Shown here: positions 46,468 through 55,754 of the stretch, in pieces | Numbering within the stretch: position 1 is the first letter of the stretch | Layout of the letters: each line of letters opens with the position of its first letter | NCBI GenBank assembly: GCA_963791725.1 | Contig: CAWBTQ010000006.1 | Span: 111,519 to 175,518 of the forward strand | DNA from: an uncultured Chloroflexia bacterium | GTDB lineage: Bacteria > Chloroflexota > Limnocylindria > Limnocylindrales > CSP1-4 | Direction of reading: 5' to 3' | Length of the DNA: 64,000 bases | Notes under the pieces: model-generated | The model's input: the letters and a program-made list of their open reading frames with translations, nothing else | The model's database searches: none | Told to the model about the DNA's origin: nothing | Made by a program: the position numbers and the translations under genes

Positions 46468-47733
46468 GTGAACCCCAGACCCGCGCCGGACTGGCGCCCA
46501 CTGCTCGCCGTCTACTGGCTCACCTCGTTCGTCGAGGGGTTGGGGGTGGCTCAGATCTACGCCTTCATGCCCAACCGGCTTCTCGAGGTCGGCGTGGCCG
46601 CGGCTGACATCCCGCGACTGGTCGGTCTCCTCGGAGCGATGTTCTTCCTGACCGGCCTGCCGTTGATACCGCTGTGGGGGGTCTGGGCCGACAAGTACAG
46701 CCGCAAGGCCGTGATCATCCGCAGCGCCCTCGTTGAGGCTGTTGTCTTCGGCGTGATCGCCGCCAGCCGGACGCCCTGGCAGCTGGTCGTCGGGATGCTC
46801 ATGGTTGGGTTCCAGTTGGGCAACAGCGGCGTCATGATGGCCGCCATCCGCGATGCCACTCCGCGTGGCCGGCTCGGTCTGGCGATGGGCATCTTCGCGG
46901 CCAGCAGCCCGCTCGGGTTCGGGGTGGGTCCGGCGCTCGGCGCGTTCATGATCGACGATCTCCATCTCACCAGCGCTGTCGTGTTCGCCCTCGCCGCAGC
47001 CATGTCGCTGGTAGTTGCGCTCGTTCTGGCGGTCGCATCTGCAGACGTGCGGCCCGACGTGGTGCCGACCGGCAGCACCCTGCAGCTGGCATTCGGCGCA
47101 GTGCGAGGCGTCATGGCCGATCCCATCGTGCGGTGGCTCTTCGTCGTGTATGGGGCGGTCTTCGTCGGGCGCCAGATGTCGACCCAGTACATGCCAGTGC
47201 TGATCCACAGTGTCGAGAATGCGAGTTACCACGTGGCGGGGTCGGTAGGCATCCTTGGGCTGGCCGCCGTGGTCGGGGCGGCCGTCTCGCCCGTCGGCGG
47301 CTGGGTGGCCGACAGGCTGGGTTTCAGGAGGGTTCTCGTCGGCGCCATCGCCGGCGTTGCCGTCTCCTTCGGCGTGCTCTCGTTCGGCACCAGCGTGGCC
47401 TGGCTGGCCATCGCCTACAGCGTGGCCATCGCCTTCCAGACGGTCGTCGCCGCCATGGTGTCCAGCCTCCTGGCCACCGAGACGCCTCCGGAGCGCCGGT
47501 CCGCAACGTTGAACCTGATCTATCTGCCCCTGTACATCGGGGGCATCGCCGGGCCGGCGATTGGGGCGGGCGTGGTGACGTTCGGAGATCAGGCGGTCTT
47601 CTTCACGGCCACGGGTGTGCTCGTCGGTGCCACGGCTCTGGCCGTCGCCTTCGTGCGACGCACGGGCGGGCACGCGCCCGTAAACGCCGCCCACGCCGCC
47701 GGACCGGAGGTTACGACCGAGCCCCGAGTCTGA
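46468..47733 (+). CDS. MFS transporter
   Basis: Motif A WGVWADKYSRKAV and GWVADRLGFRRV; ~12 TMs. Confidence 0.93.
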   Translation: MNPRPAPDWRPLLAVYWLTSFVEGLGVAQIYAFMPNRLLEVGVAAADIPRLVGLLGAMFFLTGLPLIPLWGVWADKYSRKAVIIRSALVEAVVFGVIAASRTPWQLVVGMLMVGFQLGNSGVMMAAIRDATPRGRLGLAMGIFAASSPLGFGVGPALGAFMIDDLHLTSAVVFALAAAMSLVVALVLAVASADVRPDVVPTGSTLQLAFGAVRGVMADPIVRWLFVVYGAVFVGRQMSTQYMPVLIHSVENASYHVAGSVGILGLAAVVGAAVSPVGGWVADRLGFRRVLVGAIAGVAVSFGVLSFGTSVAWLAIAYSVAIAFQTVVAAMVSSLLATETPPERRSATLNLIYLPLYIGGIAGPAIGAGVVTFGDQAVFFTATGVLVGATALAVAFVRRTGGHAPVNAAHAAGPEVTTEPRV

Positions 47734-47774
47734 GTCGGCGCGGGTCGGCCTCTTCTACGACCGAAGTCGGGCCG

Positions 47775-48959
47775 CTACCGAGAGTTCAGCTTTGGGACGT
47801 CCATTTCGGCCGGGCCCACGTAGCGGGCATCGGGCCGGATCAGCTTGTCGGCCGACGCCTGCTCGATGGCGTGAGCGCTCCAGCCGGCCATTCGCGCCAG
47901 AGCGAACGTCGGCGGGAAGAGGTCCGGCGGAAGACCGACACCCTGCAGGACCGCGGCCGCGTAGTACTCGACGTTGGTCTTGATTACGCGGTCGGGCTTG
48001 AGCTCGCCAAAGACCCGCAGCACGACGTCCTCGACCTTGACCGCGGTGTCGAGCCAGTCGGCCATGTCCGCCATGCCCTCGGCCACCTTCCGCAGAGCGG
48101 CAGCCCGCGGGTCATAGGCTCGGTACACACGATGGCCGAAGCCCATGATCCGGTCGCCGCGGGCGATGGCCTCCCGAACCCATTTCTCCGCGCGATCCGG
48201 TGAGCCGATCTCATGGAGCTGGCTGACCACTTCGGCCGGGGCGCCGCCGTGCAGCGGGCCCTTGAGCGCGCCGATTGCCCCGCAGATGGCGCTGGCCAGG
48301 TCGGACCGGGTCGAGATGATCACCCGGCAGGTGAACGTGGAGGCGTTGAGGCCATGCTCGGCGCCAACGATGAAATACGCGTCGAGGGCGCGGGCGGCGG
48401 CCGGGTCCGGGTCCGCACCGGTCAGCTGCTGCAGGAAGCCGCCCGCAAGAGAGAGCTTGGTGTTGGGTTTGACCGGCTCGAGGCCGTTGCGGAGGCGGTG
48501 GAAGGCTGCCAGGGCGGATGGGGCGAAAGCGGTGAGCTCGCGCGCCTGGTCGACGGTCGGCGGCCAGTGCGGCCGGCGCCACGCACCCCAGACGGAAACC
48601 GCCGTTCGAAGCGCGTCCATCGGATGGGTGTGGCTCGGCAGTTCATAGAGCGCGCACATCACAGGCTCGGGTATCTCGCCCGGGGCCAGCGTCGCGCTCT
48701 TCCGCCACTCGCCCGTCCACAGGAGCTCCGCCACGCGGCCGTAAGTCCCCTTCTCGACGAGCTGCCCGATCGGGTAGCCGCGGTAGAGCAAGCGGCCGTT
48801 GGCGCCGTCGACCATTCCGATGGCGGTCTCGGCGGCAATCACCCCCGCGAGGCCGGGAGAGTAGGCGCGCTCGACAGGGGCCTTCTGCTCTGCGGGGACG
48901 GCTGCCTCGGGCGTCTGCGACTTCGCGGACGCGGCGTCGTCTGTGTTGCTGGTCGTCAT
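47775..48959 (-). CDS. Citrate (or 2-methylcitrate) synthase, CitA-type
   Basis: YSPGLAGV, LLYRGY, AEHGLNASTF, GPLHGGA, MGFGHRVYRAYDPRA, TNVEYY. Confidence 0.93.
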   Translation of the reverse strand: MTTSNTDDAASAKSQTPEAAVPAEQKAPVERAYSPGLAGVIAAETAIGMVDGANGRLLYRGYPIGQLVEKGTYGRVAELLWTGEWRKSATLAPGEIPEPVMCALYELPSHTHPMDALRTAVSVWGAWRRPHWPPTVDQARELTAFAPSALAAFHRLRNGLEPVKPNTKLSLAGGFLQQLTGADPDPAAARALDAYFIVGAEHGLNASTFTCRVIISTRSDLASAICGAIGALKGPLHGGAPAEVVSQLHEIGSPDRAEKWVREAIARGDRIMGFGHRVYRAYDPRAAALRKVAEGMADMADWLDTAVKVEDVVLRVFGELKPDRVIKTNVEYYAAAVLQGVGLPPDLFPPTFALARMAGWSAHAIEQASADKLIRPDARYVGPAEMDVPKLNSR

Positions 48960-49108
48960 CGTCGCCCTCCTTGGGGCCTTGCGCGCGAGCGGCCATCCTG
49001 GGTCCGGAGCGGCAGCTGCCCGGGCGGCCTGGACTGGTGCCGAGCATGCTACCGCGATCTCGACCAGTGGCGCTGGCAGGGTCCGTCCGGGGCCAGCCTG
49101 ACGAAACG

Positions 49109-49127
49109 GGTAGGGGGCTGCCCTACC
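49109..49127. promoter_or_regulatory. Perfect inverted repeat GGTAGGG-N5-CCCTACC, candidate operator
   Basis: Lies 150 bp upstream of the citrate synthase start; related sites occur at 52987 and 53012. Confidence 0.5.
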
Positions 49128-49154
49128 AGTCGAGCCCGTGCTTCCCCCCGGGAC

Positions 49155-49442
49155 CTAGCGGTGCTCGCCGCCCCGGCCGCTGCGCCCGTCGGACTCGAGA
49201 GCATCGAGGATGAGCCGGATCACCACTGCGCCGAGGAAGGCCACCACCAGGGCGCCGAGGAAGCCGTGGGTGCTGTCCATGTGCAGTTCCTCGGTGGCGA
49301 ACCAGCCGCCAAGAAGGCCGCCGAGGACCCCTACGACCGTGTTCGCGAGACAGCCGTGCGGTCCTCTCGCGACGACCGCGCCGGAGAGGGCTCCCGCAAA
49401 GAAACCCACGACGATCCAGCCCACGAAGTCCATGTGCGGCAC
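49155..49442 (-). CDS. GlsB/YeaQ/YmgE (transglycosylase-associated) membrane protein
   Basis: WIVVGFFAGAL...G.LANTVVGVLGGLLGGW...LVVAFLGAVV. Confidence 0.9.
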   Translation of the reverse strand: MPHMDFVGWIVVGFFAGALSGAVVARGPHGCLANTVVGVLGGLLGGWFATEELHMDSTHGFLGALVVAFLGAVVIRLILDALESDGRSGRGGEHR

Positions 49443-49641
49443 GAGTGACTCCCAGACACTGACGATGGTTGGGTTTGGTCGACTTCGATCTTACCGGCGC
49501 CACCTCCCGGCCGGATCAGTCCGCGGCACGATTTCGAGTCACCCTCGAGCAGGAGTAGCCGTCCGCGGACCGGCTCGGGCATGAGGCCGCCGATCGAGAC
49601 ACTTCACCCGGCGGCCTGCGACCGTACGACCCGGACAACCC

Positions 49642-49890
49642 CTACAGGGCATCCTCCCAGGCCGGCATCGTCTTCATGTAAGCCCGGGCCTTCTCGCGGG
49701 CGGCCGTGTAGTCGAGGCCCTCCTGTCGCATCGTCCACTGGGTGAAGCGCTCGAGGCGTTCCTCGACCGTCGACAGCTTGCCTTCGGGTGCGCAGTAGCC
49801 GCAATACGGAATCGATGCGTCTGAGAGAGCGTGATCCTCGGCCCCGGCGAGGGGCATGCCGCAGCTTTCGCAGTTGATCGCAACAGTCAT
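49642..49890 (-). CDS. Small zinc-ribbon protein (Zn_ribbon_2-like)
   Basis: CESCGMPL...YCGYC...G...MPAW. ATGA overlap with the MarR gene. Confidence 0.85.
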   Translation of the reverse strand: MTVAINCESCGMPLAGAEDHALSDASIPYCGYCAPEGKLSTVEERLERFTQWTMRQEGLDYTAAREKARAYMKTMPAWEDAL

Positions 49891-50489
49891 CGGAGCTTGT
49901 CCCTTTCTGTGTCGCGCGCGGCGCCAGACACGGTCGCCGCGGGTGGTTTGTCGATATCCGCGGAGGCGAGCAGCTCGAAGCCGCGGACGACGGTCGCTCG
50001 TTCCTCGGGTGACAGTGTCGCCATTACCTGGGCGATCAGATCCGGCGCCAGAACCTGGCCGACCCTGGCCACGACGCTGCGCCCGGAGTCGGTCAACCAG
50101 ACGAGCACGCGACGTTCGTCGCGCTCGTCACGGATTCTGGCGACCAGACCCTTCGCCTCGAGACGTTGGAGCAGCTCCGAAACGGAGTTGCGCCGCAGCC
50201 CGAGATGCGCCGCTTGTTCGCCGACGGTCAGTGGCCCGCTCGCCGAGAGGTGCTGCAGCACCTCCAGCGCGCGGCGGGTGACCGGCAGCTCGCCGCCCTG
50301 GACTCGATTGGCCCAGTGGTAGCGCCGGTAAACCTCCGGGAAGAGACGAGCGACGCGTTTGGCTGCCCCGGCGGCAGTGATGTCGGCCGCTGGCGTGGAG
50401 TCGACGGCGCCGGCTGCCTCGGCCGCAGCCTGCCGGTCGGACCCGTCGGTTCGCTCCGGTTCTTGCGGGATTCCAGTCGTGACGATCAT
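49887..50489 (-). CDS. MarR family transcriptional regulator
   Basis: LTVGEQAAHLGLRRNSVSELLQRLEAKGLVAR.RDERDERRVLVWLTDSG. Confidence 0.92.
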   Translation of the reverse strand: MIVTTGIPQEPERTDGSDRQAAAEAAGAVDSTPAADITAAGAAKRVARLFPEVYRRYHWANRVQGGELPVTRRALEVLQHLSASGPLTVGEQAAHLGLRRNSVSELLQRLEAKGLVARIRDERDERRVLVWLTDSGRSVVARVGQVLAPDLIAQVMATLSPEERATVVRGFELLASADIDKPPAATVSGAARDTERDKLR

Positions 50490-50546
50490 GTCGCCACGAA
50501 TATCCGGGTGCGCGGGCTCGCCGTCAACGGATCCGATCGGTCGCTA

Positions 50547-50560
50547 CGACATATCTGTCG
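50547..50560. promoter_or_regulatory. Palindrome CGACA-TATC-TGTCG, candidate MarR operator
   Basis: Lies ~60 bp upstream of the MarR start, inside a wider GGATCCGA/TCGGATCC inverted repeat. Confidence 0.4.
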
Positions 50561-50801
50561 GATCCGGGCGACGCCGAAGAGCCGGGCGCCGCCGTGGTCT
50601 ACCGATCGCGCGACCAGGGCGATGCCCCACGAGGTCCGCAGCCACACCCGAAGGAGTCCGTCTACTCCCGAAAGCTTCGTGCCGCAGCACAGGACAGGCA
50701 ATTCGCTCCACGTCCATGCACGCCGCTTCGGCGCATAGTGCTCCCCGAATGAGTGGGCCGAGCCGAGAAACAATGTCGGCGACCCGTTCCCGAGGCCCGT
50801 T

Positions 50802-52220
50802 ATGTATCGCCGTCGCTGGTTCGCTGTCGTCGCCTCTGTCCTGATCGTCGGGACCGTCGAAGTCTTGAGTGACACCGTCTTCGATGCCGTCCTGCCCTTC
50901 CCATTCCACACCCTGCTCGTGGTCGCGGTCGTCACCCTCGTGGTGGCCACCGGGGCTACGTTCTCTTTCCGCCGCATCGATCGCCTGGCGGGCGACCTGC
51001 GCGAGCGGAATGAGGTCCTCCAGTCGCGCAACGCCGTCCTGCGCGCGGTCTACGACGTGAGCCTCGCCGTCTCGGGTCAGGCGGACCCCGAGCAAACGAT
51101 CGCCACAATCGTCGACCACGCTCGCTCGCTCCTCAATGTCGACGCCGCCCTGCTCGTCCTCGACGGTCCGGTCGGGGAGCTCAAGCTGCGGGCGGCGAGC
51201 GCCAGGCCCGGCGTCCTTGTCGGCGACGAACCTCACGCTGTCATGGCGCAGGAAGAGTCCGAGCTCGAGTGCTATCTGCAATCGGGATACAAGATCGCGC
51301 TCTCGGCTCCCGTCGGCCACGGCCCGAAGCGCGTCGGCATCCTGGCTCTGGCGACCCCGACCAGGGCCCGGCGCCGATTCGACGTTTCGGAGGTGGAGAC
51401 GCTTTCCGGACTGGCGACCCAGATCGGCCTGGCGCTCGAGGCGTCCAGGCTCCACGGTGAGTTGCGGGTCCTGGCGATACAGGCCGAGCGTGAGCGCATA
51501 GCTCGCGAGATGCACGACGGCCTGGCTCAGGTTCTCGGCTACGTCAACACCAAGTCTCAGGCCGTCGAGGAGCTACTCGCCGAGGACCGTGTGACCGACG
51601 CGCGGCGGCAGCTGGCCGAGCTTGCGGCCGCGGCTCGCTCGGTGTACGTGGACGTTCGAGAGGCGATCCTGAGCCTCTCGACGCCGGTGCCATCGGAGCG
51701 GGGAGTGGTCGCGGCTCTCGAGGAGTACGCGGCCGAGTACGCCGAATCGTCCAAGCTCGCGGTCAAGTTCGGCGCCAGTGCCGGTGCCGTGGAGGCTCAG
51801 CTGCCGGCGGCGGTCCAGGCGGAGATCTTCAGCATCGCCCGTGAGGCCCTGACAAACGTTCGCAAGCACGCCCGCGCCCAGCGTGTGAGCGTGAGCGTGG
51901 CCATCGAGGACGGCGAGTTGGCGCTGCGCATCGAGGACGACGGCGTCGGCTTCGAGGCGGAGCTGCTCGCTACCGGACCGGAGCGGTGGCCGCACTTCGG
52001 CCTGGCAGGGATGCGCGAGCGGGCCGAGTCCGTCGGTGGGCGGATCGCCTGGCGCAGCCATCCCGGTGCGGGGACCCTTGTCGAGCTGCATGTTCCGGTA
52101 GGGAACGGCCCGTTGACTTACCCACTCAATAGAGTTGCTTCGGGAGATGAGACCGCGCATCCTGAAGCGCAGCATCAGGCGGTCCGATCGCCCGCTGCGG
52201 TCGCATCGGAGGCAGACTGA
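50802..52220 (+). CDS. GAF-containing sensor histidine kinase (HisKA_3, NarX-like)
   Basis: Two N-terminal TMs, GAF-like region, ERERIAREMHDGLAQ, EALTNVRKHARA, IEDDGVGF, FGLAGMRERA. Confidence 0.95.
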   Translation: MYRRRWFAVVASVLIVGTVEVLSDTVFDAVLPFPFHTLLVVAVVTLVVATGATFSFRRIDRLAGDLRERNEVLQSRNAVLRAVYDVSLAVSGQADPEQTIATIVDHARSLLNVDAALLVLDGPVGELKLRAASARPGVLVGDEPHAVMAQEESELECYLQSGYKIALSAPVGHGPKRVGILALATPTRARRRFDVSEVETLSGLATQIGLALEASRLHGELRVLAIQAERERIAREMHDGLAQVLGYVNTKSQAVEELLAEDRVTDARRQLAELAAAARSVYVDVREAILSLSTPVPSERGVVAALEEYAAEYAESSKLAVKFGASAGAVEAQLPAAVQAEIFSIAREALTNVRKHARAQRVSVSVAIEDGELALRIEDDGVGFEAELLATGPERWPHFGLAGMRERAESVGGRIAWRSHPGAGTLVELHVPVGNGPLTYPLNRVASGDETAHPEAQHQAVRSPAAVASEAD

Positions 52221-52224
52221 CGCC

Positions 52225-52920
52225 ATGAGAACTGTGCTCGTCGACGACCATGCGCTCTTCCGCGACGGGGTCGCATCGCTACTGCTGGCGTGGGGCCATG
52301 AGGTAGTCGGTCAGGCTGCCGACGGTGCCGCAGCGGTGGAAATCGTGGATGAAACCTCACCGGACGTCGTGCTCATGGACGTTCGCATGCCAAACGTGTC
52401 GGGCCTGGAGGCCACGGCCAGGATCAAGGAGCGCCATCCCGAGGTCGCCATCGTCATGCTGACGGTGAGTGAGGATGAGGCCGACCTCTTCCGCGCGATC
52501 AAGGCCGGCGCCCAGGGCTACCTGCTCAAGAACCTGGAAGCGCCACAGTTGCGATCGATGCTCGAAGGAGTAGCCCGCGGCGAGCCTGCGATCACTCCGG
52601 CCACTGCGGCGCGGATCATCGACGAGTTCCTCAGGACGCCCGGCGGAACGCCCCAGCCGAACCAGCGCCTGACCGATCGCGAACTCGAGGTTCTGCAGCT
52701 CGTGACGGCCGGCCAGCGCAACCGCGAGATCGCGGTCGAGCTCGGCATCAGCGAGAACACCGTCAAGTTCCATCTCAAGAACATCGTCGAGAAGCTCCAC
52801 GCCCAGAACCGGGCCGAGCTCGCCGCTCGGGCGGTACGTGAGGGGCTCGTGCCCGACCTTCCGCGCGACGGGTCCGCCCACGACCGGCCCCGCCAGGACC
52901 TGTCGTATCGCCGCCGCTGA
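52225..52920 (+). CDS. NarL/LuxR family response regulator
   Basis: VLVDDHALFRDG, VVLMDVRMP, GAQGYLLK, LTDRELEVLQL...NREIA.ELGISENTVKFH. Confidence 0.96.
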   Translation: MRTVLVDDHALFRDGVASLLLAWGHEVVGQAADGAAAVEIVDETSPDVVLMDVRMPNVSGLEATARIKERHPEVAIVMLTVSEDEADLFRAIKAGAQGYLLKNLEAPQLRSMLEGVARGEPAITPATAARIIDEFLRTPGGTPQPNQRLTDRELEVLQLVTAGQRNREIAVELGISENTVKFHLKNIVEKLHAQNRAELAARAVREGLVPDLPRDGSAHDRPRQDLSYRRR

Positions 52921-52986
52921 TTCCCGCTGCGGGGACTGAGGTCGGTTCCGCGCGTTGCCGGCCCGGTCGCCGCGTCCCGGGTAAGG

Positions 52987-53030
52987 GGTAGCTGGTTGGC
53001 CCACCTCGCAGGGTAGGGCAACTCCTTCCC
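52987..53030. promoter_or_regulatory. Two degenerate GGTAGGG-N5-CCCTACC-like sites, candidate response regulator operator
   Basis: GGTAGCT-ggttg-GCCCACC (52987-53005) and GGTAGGG-caact-CCTTCCC (53012-53030), 70-115 bp upstream of the ATG at 53101. Confidence 0.45.
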
Positions 53031-53100
53031 TCCGGCAGTGTACGAAGGAGCCCTCGGGCGCCATTCTCAGGCCCAGCATATTCGCAGGCCGAGGCGTTCT

Positions 53101-55113
53101 ATGGGCTACCGGATCCAGATCGAAAACGATGGCTGTCTGAACTGCGGCGTCTGCATGGACGTCTGCCCGGTCCAGGCCCTCGACATGAGCCGACCGCAAC
53201 GGCCCGGGGTAGAAGGAGCCGGTGTCTTCGGCAAGCCCTTCGACTGGATGATGGAGTACCCGGTCCAGGTTGGGGAATGCATCGGCTGCGGCATTTGCGT
53301 CCGCGAGTGCCCGACCCACGTCGTCCTCCTCGACAGCCTGCCCGGGTTGACGCCGCTCGCCGCCCGCCAGGGCCCGATCAACCGACCCGCGGAGCCGGCG
53401 CCCGCCTGGCAGCCGCTCGGCGAGGTCACCAGCGAATCGCTCAAGCCGGCTCGTGTCTCGCCGTGGGGCCGCCTCTTCCAGTGGAACGTCAGCGAGCGGC
53501 CCGAGGACTGGCAGGTCTGGCGGTCCATGGTGACCGACTCTCGCGTGGATCCCATAGCGCCCTGCCAGGAGGCCTGCCCCGCCGGAACGGACGCCGGTCG
53601 CTACGTCGGCCTGATCGGCCAGGGCCGCTATGACGAAGCCTATGCCGTCGCCGCCGAAGTCAACCCGTTTCCCTCGGTCTGCGGCTGGATCTGTACCGCT
53701 CCGTGTGAAACGGCCTGCCGCCGTGGCACGCTCGACGAACCGATCTCCATCCGGCGGCTGAAGCGATTCGCCGCCGAGCAAGGCAAGCTGCCGCCCGTCG
53801 CTCCCCCCACGAAGAGGCTGGGCAAGAAGGTCGCGATCGTTGGCGGCGGACCGGCCGGCATGTCGGCCGCGTACTACCTGGCCAGGCTCGGGTACACCGT
53901 CACCGTCTTCGAGGCGATGCCGGTGCCGGGCGGCATGATGGCCATCGGCATCCCCGAATACCGCCTGCCTCGAAACGTCATCCGCGAAGAGATCGACAGG
54001 ATCGTCGGCCTCGGAGTCGAGCTCAAGCTCGACAGCGCCATGGGCCGCGACTTCACCCTGGCCGACCTGGAGTCAAAATTCGACGCCATCTTCCTGGCCA
54101 CGGGCGCTTCCCGCAGCCGCAAGCTGGGCGTCCCGGGCGACGGCCTTGTTGGCGTCGTCCCCGCGACCTTGTTCCTCAAGCAGGTCAACCTCGGCGAGAA
54201 GCCCGTGATCAAGGGTGCGGTCGTCGTTGTCGGCGGCGGCAGCACGGCGATGGACGCGGCTCGATCGGCCCTTCGATCCGGCGCGTCGTCGGTGACGATC
54301 CTCTATCGCCGCGGCCGGGCCGAGATGCCCGCCCAATCCGAGGAGGTCGAGGCCGCCGAGCACGAAGGCATCAAGATCCTGTTCGAGGCTGCCGTGACGG
54401 AAGTCAAGGGCGGCGACAGGGGCGTGACCTCGGTCACGTACATAAGCCAGCGACCGACCGGCAAGTTCGAAGGCGGCCGCGCCGTCTACGAGCCGATCCC
54501 GGGCAGCGATCGGGCGATCGACGCGTCGACTGTCATGGTGGCCGTCGGCGAGGAGCCGGACCCATCCATCCTGCCCCCCGGCGCCGGCATCGAGACGAGC
54601 GGGTTCTCGGGGATCGTGGCGGATTCGGGCCTGGCCACCGGACGCAAGGGCGTCTTCGCCGGAGGCGACGTGGTTTCTGGCGCCAAGACGATCATCCATG
54701 CCGTCGGCGCGGGTCGCCGAGCCGCCGGTTCGATCCACGAGTACCTGTCCGGCAGCAAGAACGGCGAGGCCGAGATCATGGCTACCGTCCGGGTGCCCAA
54801 GGCTCCCGAGCCGGTCCTGACCGTCGACCTGGCCGTGCGGCCGCGTGTCGGCATGGAGTTGCCGGCCTACACGCCGGGCTCCTTCGCGGCCACGCAGCCG
54901 AGCCTGGAGCCGGCCGCGGCGAGGGCGGAAGCGTCGCGCTGCTTCCGGTGCGATGCCGTGTACCGCTGCGAGACCGCGCACGTCCAGTCGGGGCGCGGGC
55001 CGAGGGACGGCCCAGATGCCAGGTCCAACGAACCAGCGCCGGCGCTCGGTGGCCGGCCCAATCTCGCCGGCTCGGCGAGCACTCCGCCGTCGATCCCAGG
55101 AGGTCGCGACTGA
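53101..55113 (+). CDS. Fe-S flavoprotein: N-terminal 2x[4Fe-4S] ferredoxin fused to a GltD/NfnB-like FAD/NAD(P)H oxidoreductase
   Basis: [91 protein letters not shown]. Confidence 0.92.
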   Translation: MGYRIQIENDGCLNCGVCMDVCPVQALDMSRPQRPGVEGAGVFGKPFDWMMEYPVQVGECIGCGICVRECPTHVVLLDSLPGLTPLAARQGPINRPAEPAPAWQPLGEVTSESLKPARVSPWGRLFQWNVSERPEDWQVWRSMVTDSRVDPIAPCQEACPAGTDAGRYVGLIGQGRYDEAYAVAAEVNPFPSVCGWICTAPCETACRRGTLDEPISIRRLKRFAAEQGKLPPVAPPTKRLGKKVAIVGGGPAGMSAAYYLARLGYTVTVFEAMPVPGGMMAIGIPEYRLPRNVIREEIDRIVGLGVELKLDSAMGRDFTLADLESKFDAIFLATGASRSRKLGVPGDGLVGVVPATLFLKQVNLGEKPVIKGAVVVVGGGSTAMDAARSALRSGASSVTILYRRGRAEMPAQSEEVEAAEHEGIKILFEAAVTEVKGGDRGVTSVTYISQRPTGKFEGGRAVYEPIPGSDRAIDASTVMVAVGEEPDPSILPPGAGIETSGFSGIVADSGLATGRKGVFAGGDVVSGAKTIIHAVGAGRRAAGSIHEYLSGSKNGEAEIMATVRVPKAPEPVLTVDLAVRPRVGMELPAYTPGSFAATQPSLEPAAARAEASRCFRCDAVYRCETAHVQSGRGPRDGPDARSNEPAPALGGRPNLAGSASTPPSIPGGRD

Positions 55114-55745
55114 TGGATTCCGCAGCATTCGGCGCAGCCGAGCAATTCGTCGAAGGGACGATTGCCGCCGCCCTTGTAGCTCTCTGGTTGCTGGCCGTGG
55201 CCCTGCACCTGGCCAGACCCTACATGCTCGCCCTGACGCGCAAGTTCACTCTCCGGCTCGGTGCCGACCTGTGGTGGACCATCTACGTCGGGATGCGCGA
55301 CATCTTCCTGCTCCAGGTCTTCCTGGGCAGCTTCATCTTCTTCTACCCCGACGTGGTGGGCGCCAACGATCTGCCGATCACCGGCGGCCTCGCAGGAGCA
55401 TGCGCTTTCGCGGCTCTGCTGCTCAAGCTGATGACGCGGGCCGACGCGGACGCGCGCAGCTTCAACGCCCAAACGTTCCTGATCGGGGCCGGTGCCACCC
55501 TGTACCTGGTGCCCTATCTCCTCGGCGTTCAGGTGACGACCGTCGGCAGCAGCATCTCGAACCAGCTGGCGTCGGTCCTGGTCAGTTCGCACAACCCCAC
55601 GCTGGCGCTGGCGCTGTGCTACCTGTCCGGCTTCCTCGTCGGGGTCATGGGTCTGGTGGCCGTCTTCTACAACCTCCGTCTTGCCGGGTCCGCACCGCGC
55701 AAGCCCGTTCCCGGCGCTGCCTCGCAGCCCGCGGCGCAGAGCTAG
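55113..55745 (+). CDS. Uncharacterised ~5-TM membrane protein (paralog A)
   Basis: ATG overlaps the flavoprotein stop; SD GGAGG; hydrophobic helices. Confidence 0.85.
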   Translation: MDSAAFGAAEQFVEGTIAAALVALWLLAVALHLARPYMLALTRKFTLRLGADLWWTIYVGMRDIFLLQVFLGSFIFFYPDVVGANDLPITGGLAGACAFAALLLKLMTRADADARSFNAQTFLIGAGATLYLVPYLLGVQVTTVGSSISNQLASVLVSSHNPTLALALCYLSGFLVGVMGLVAVFYNLRLAGSAPRKPVPGAASQPAAQS

Positions 55746-55754
55746 GAGATAACG

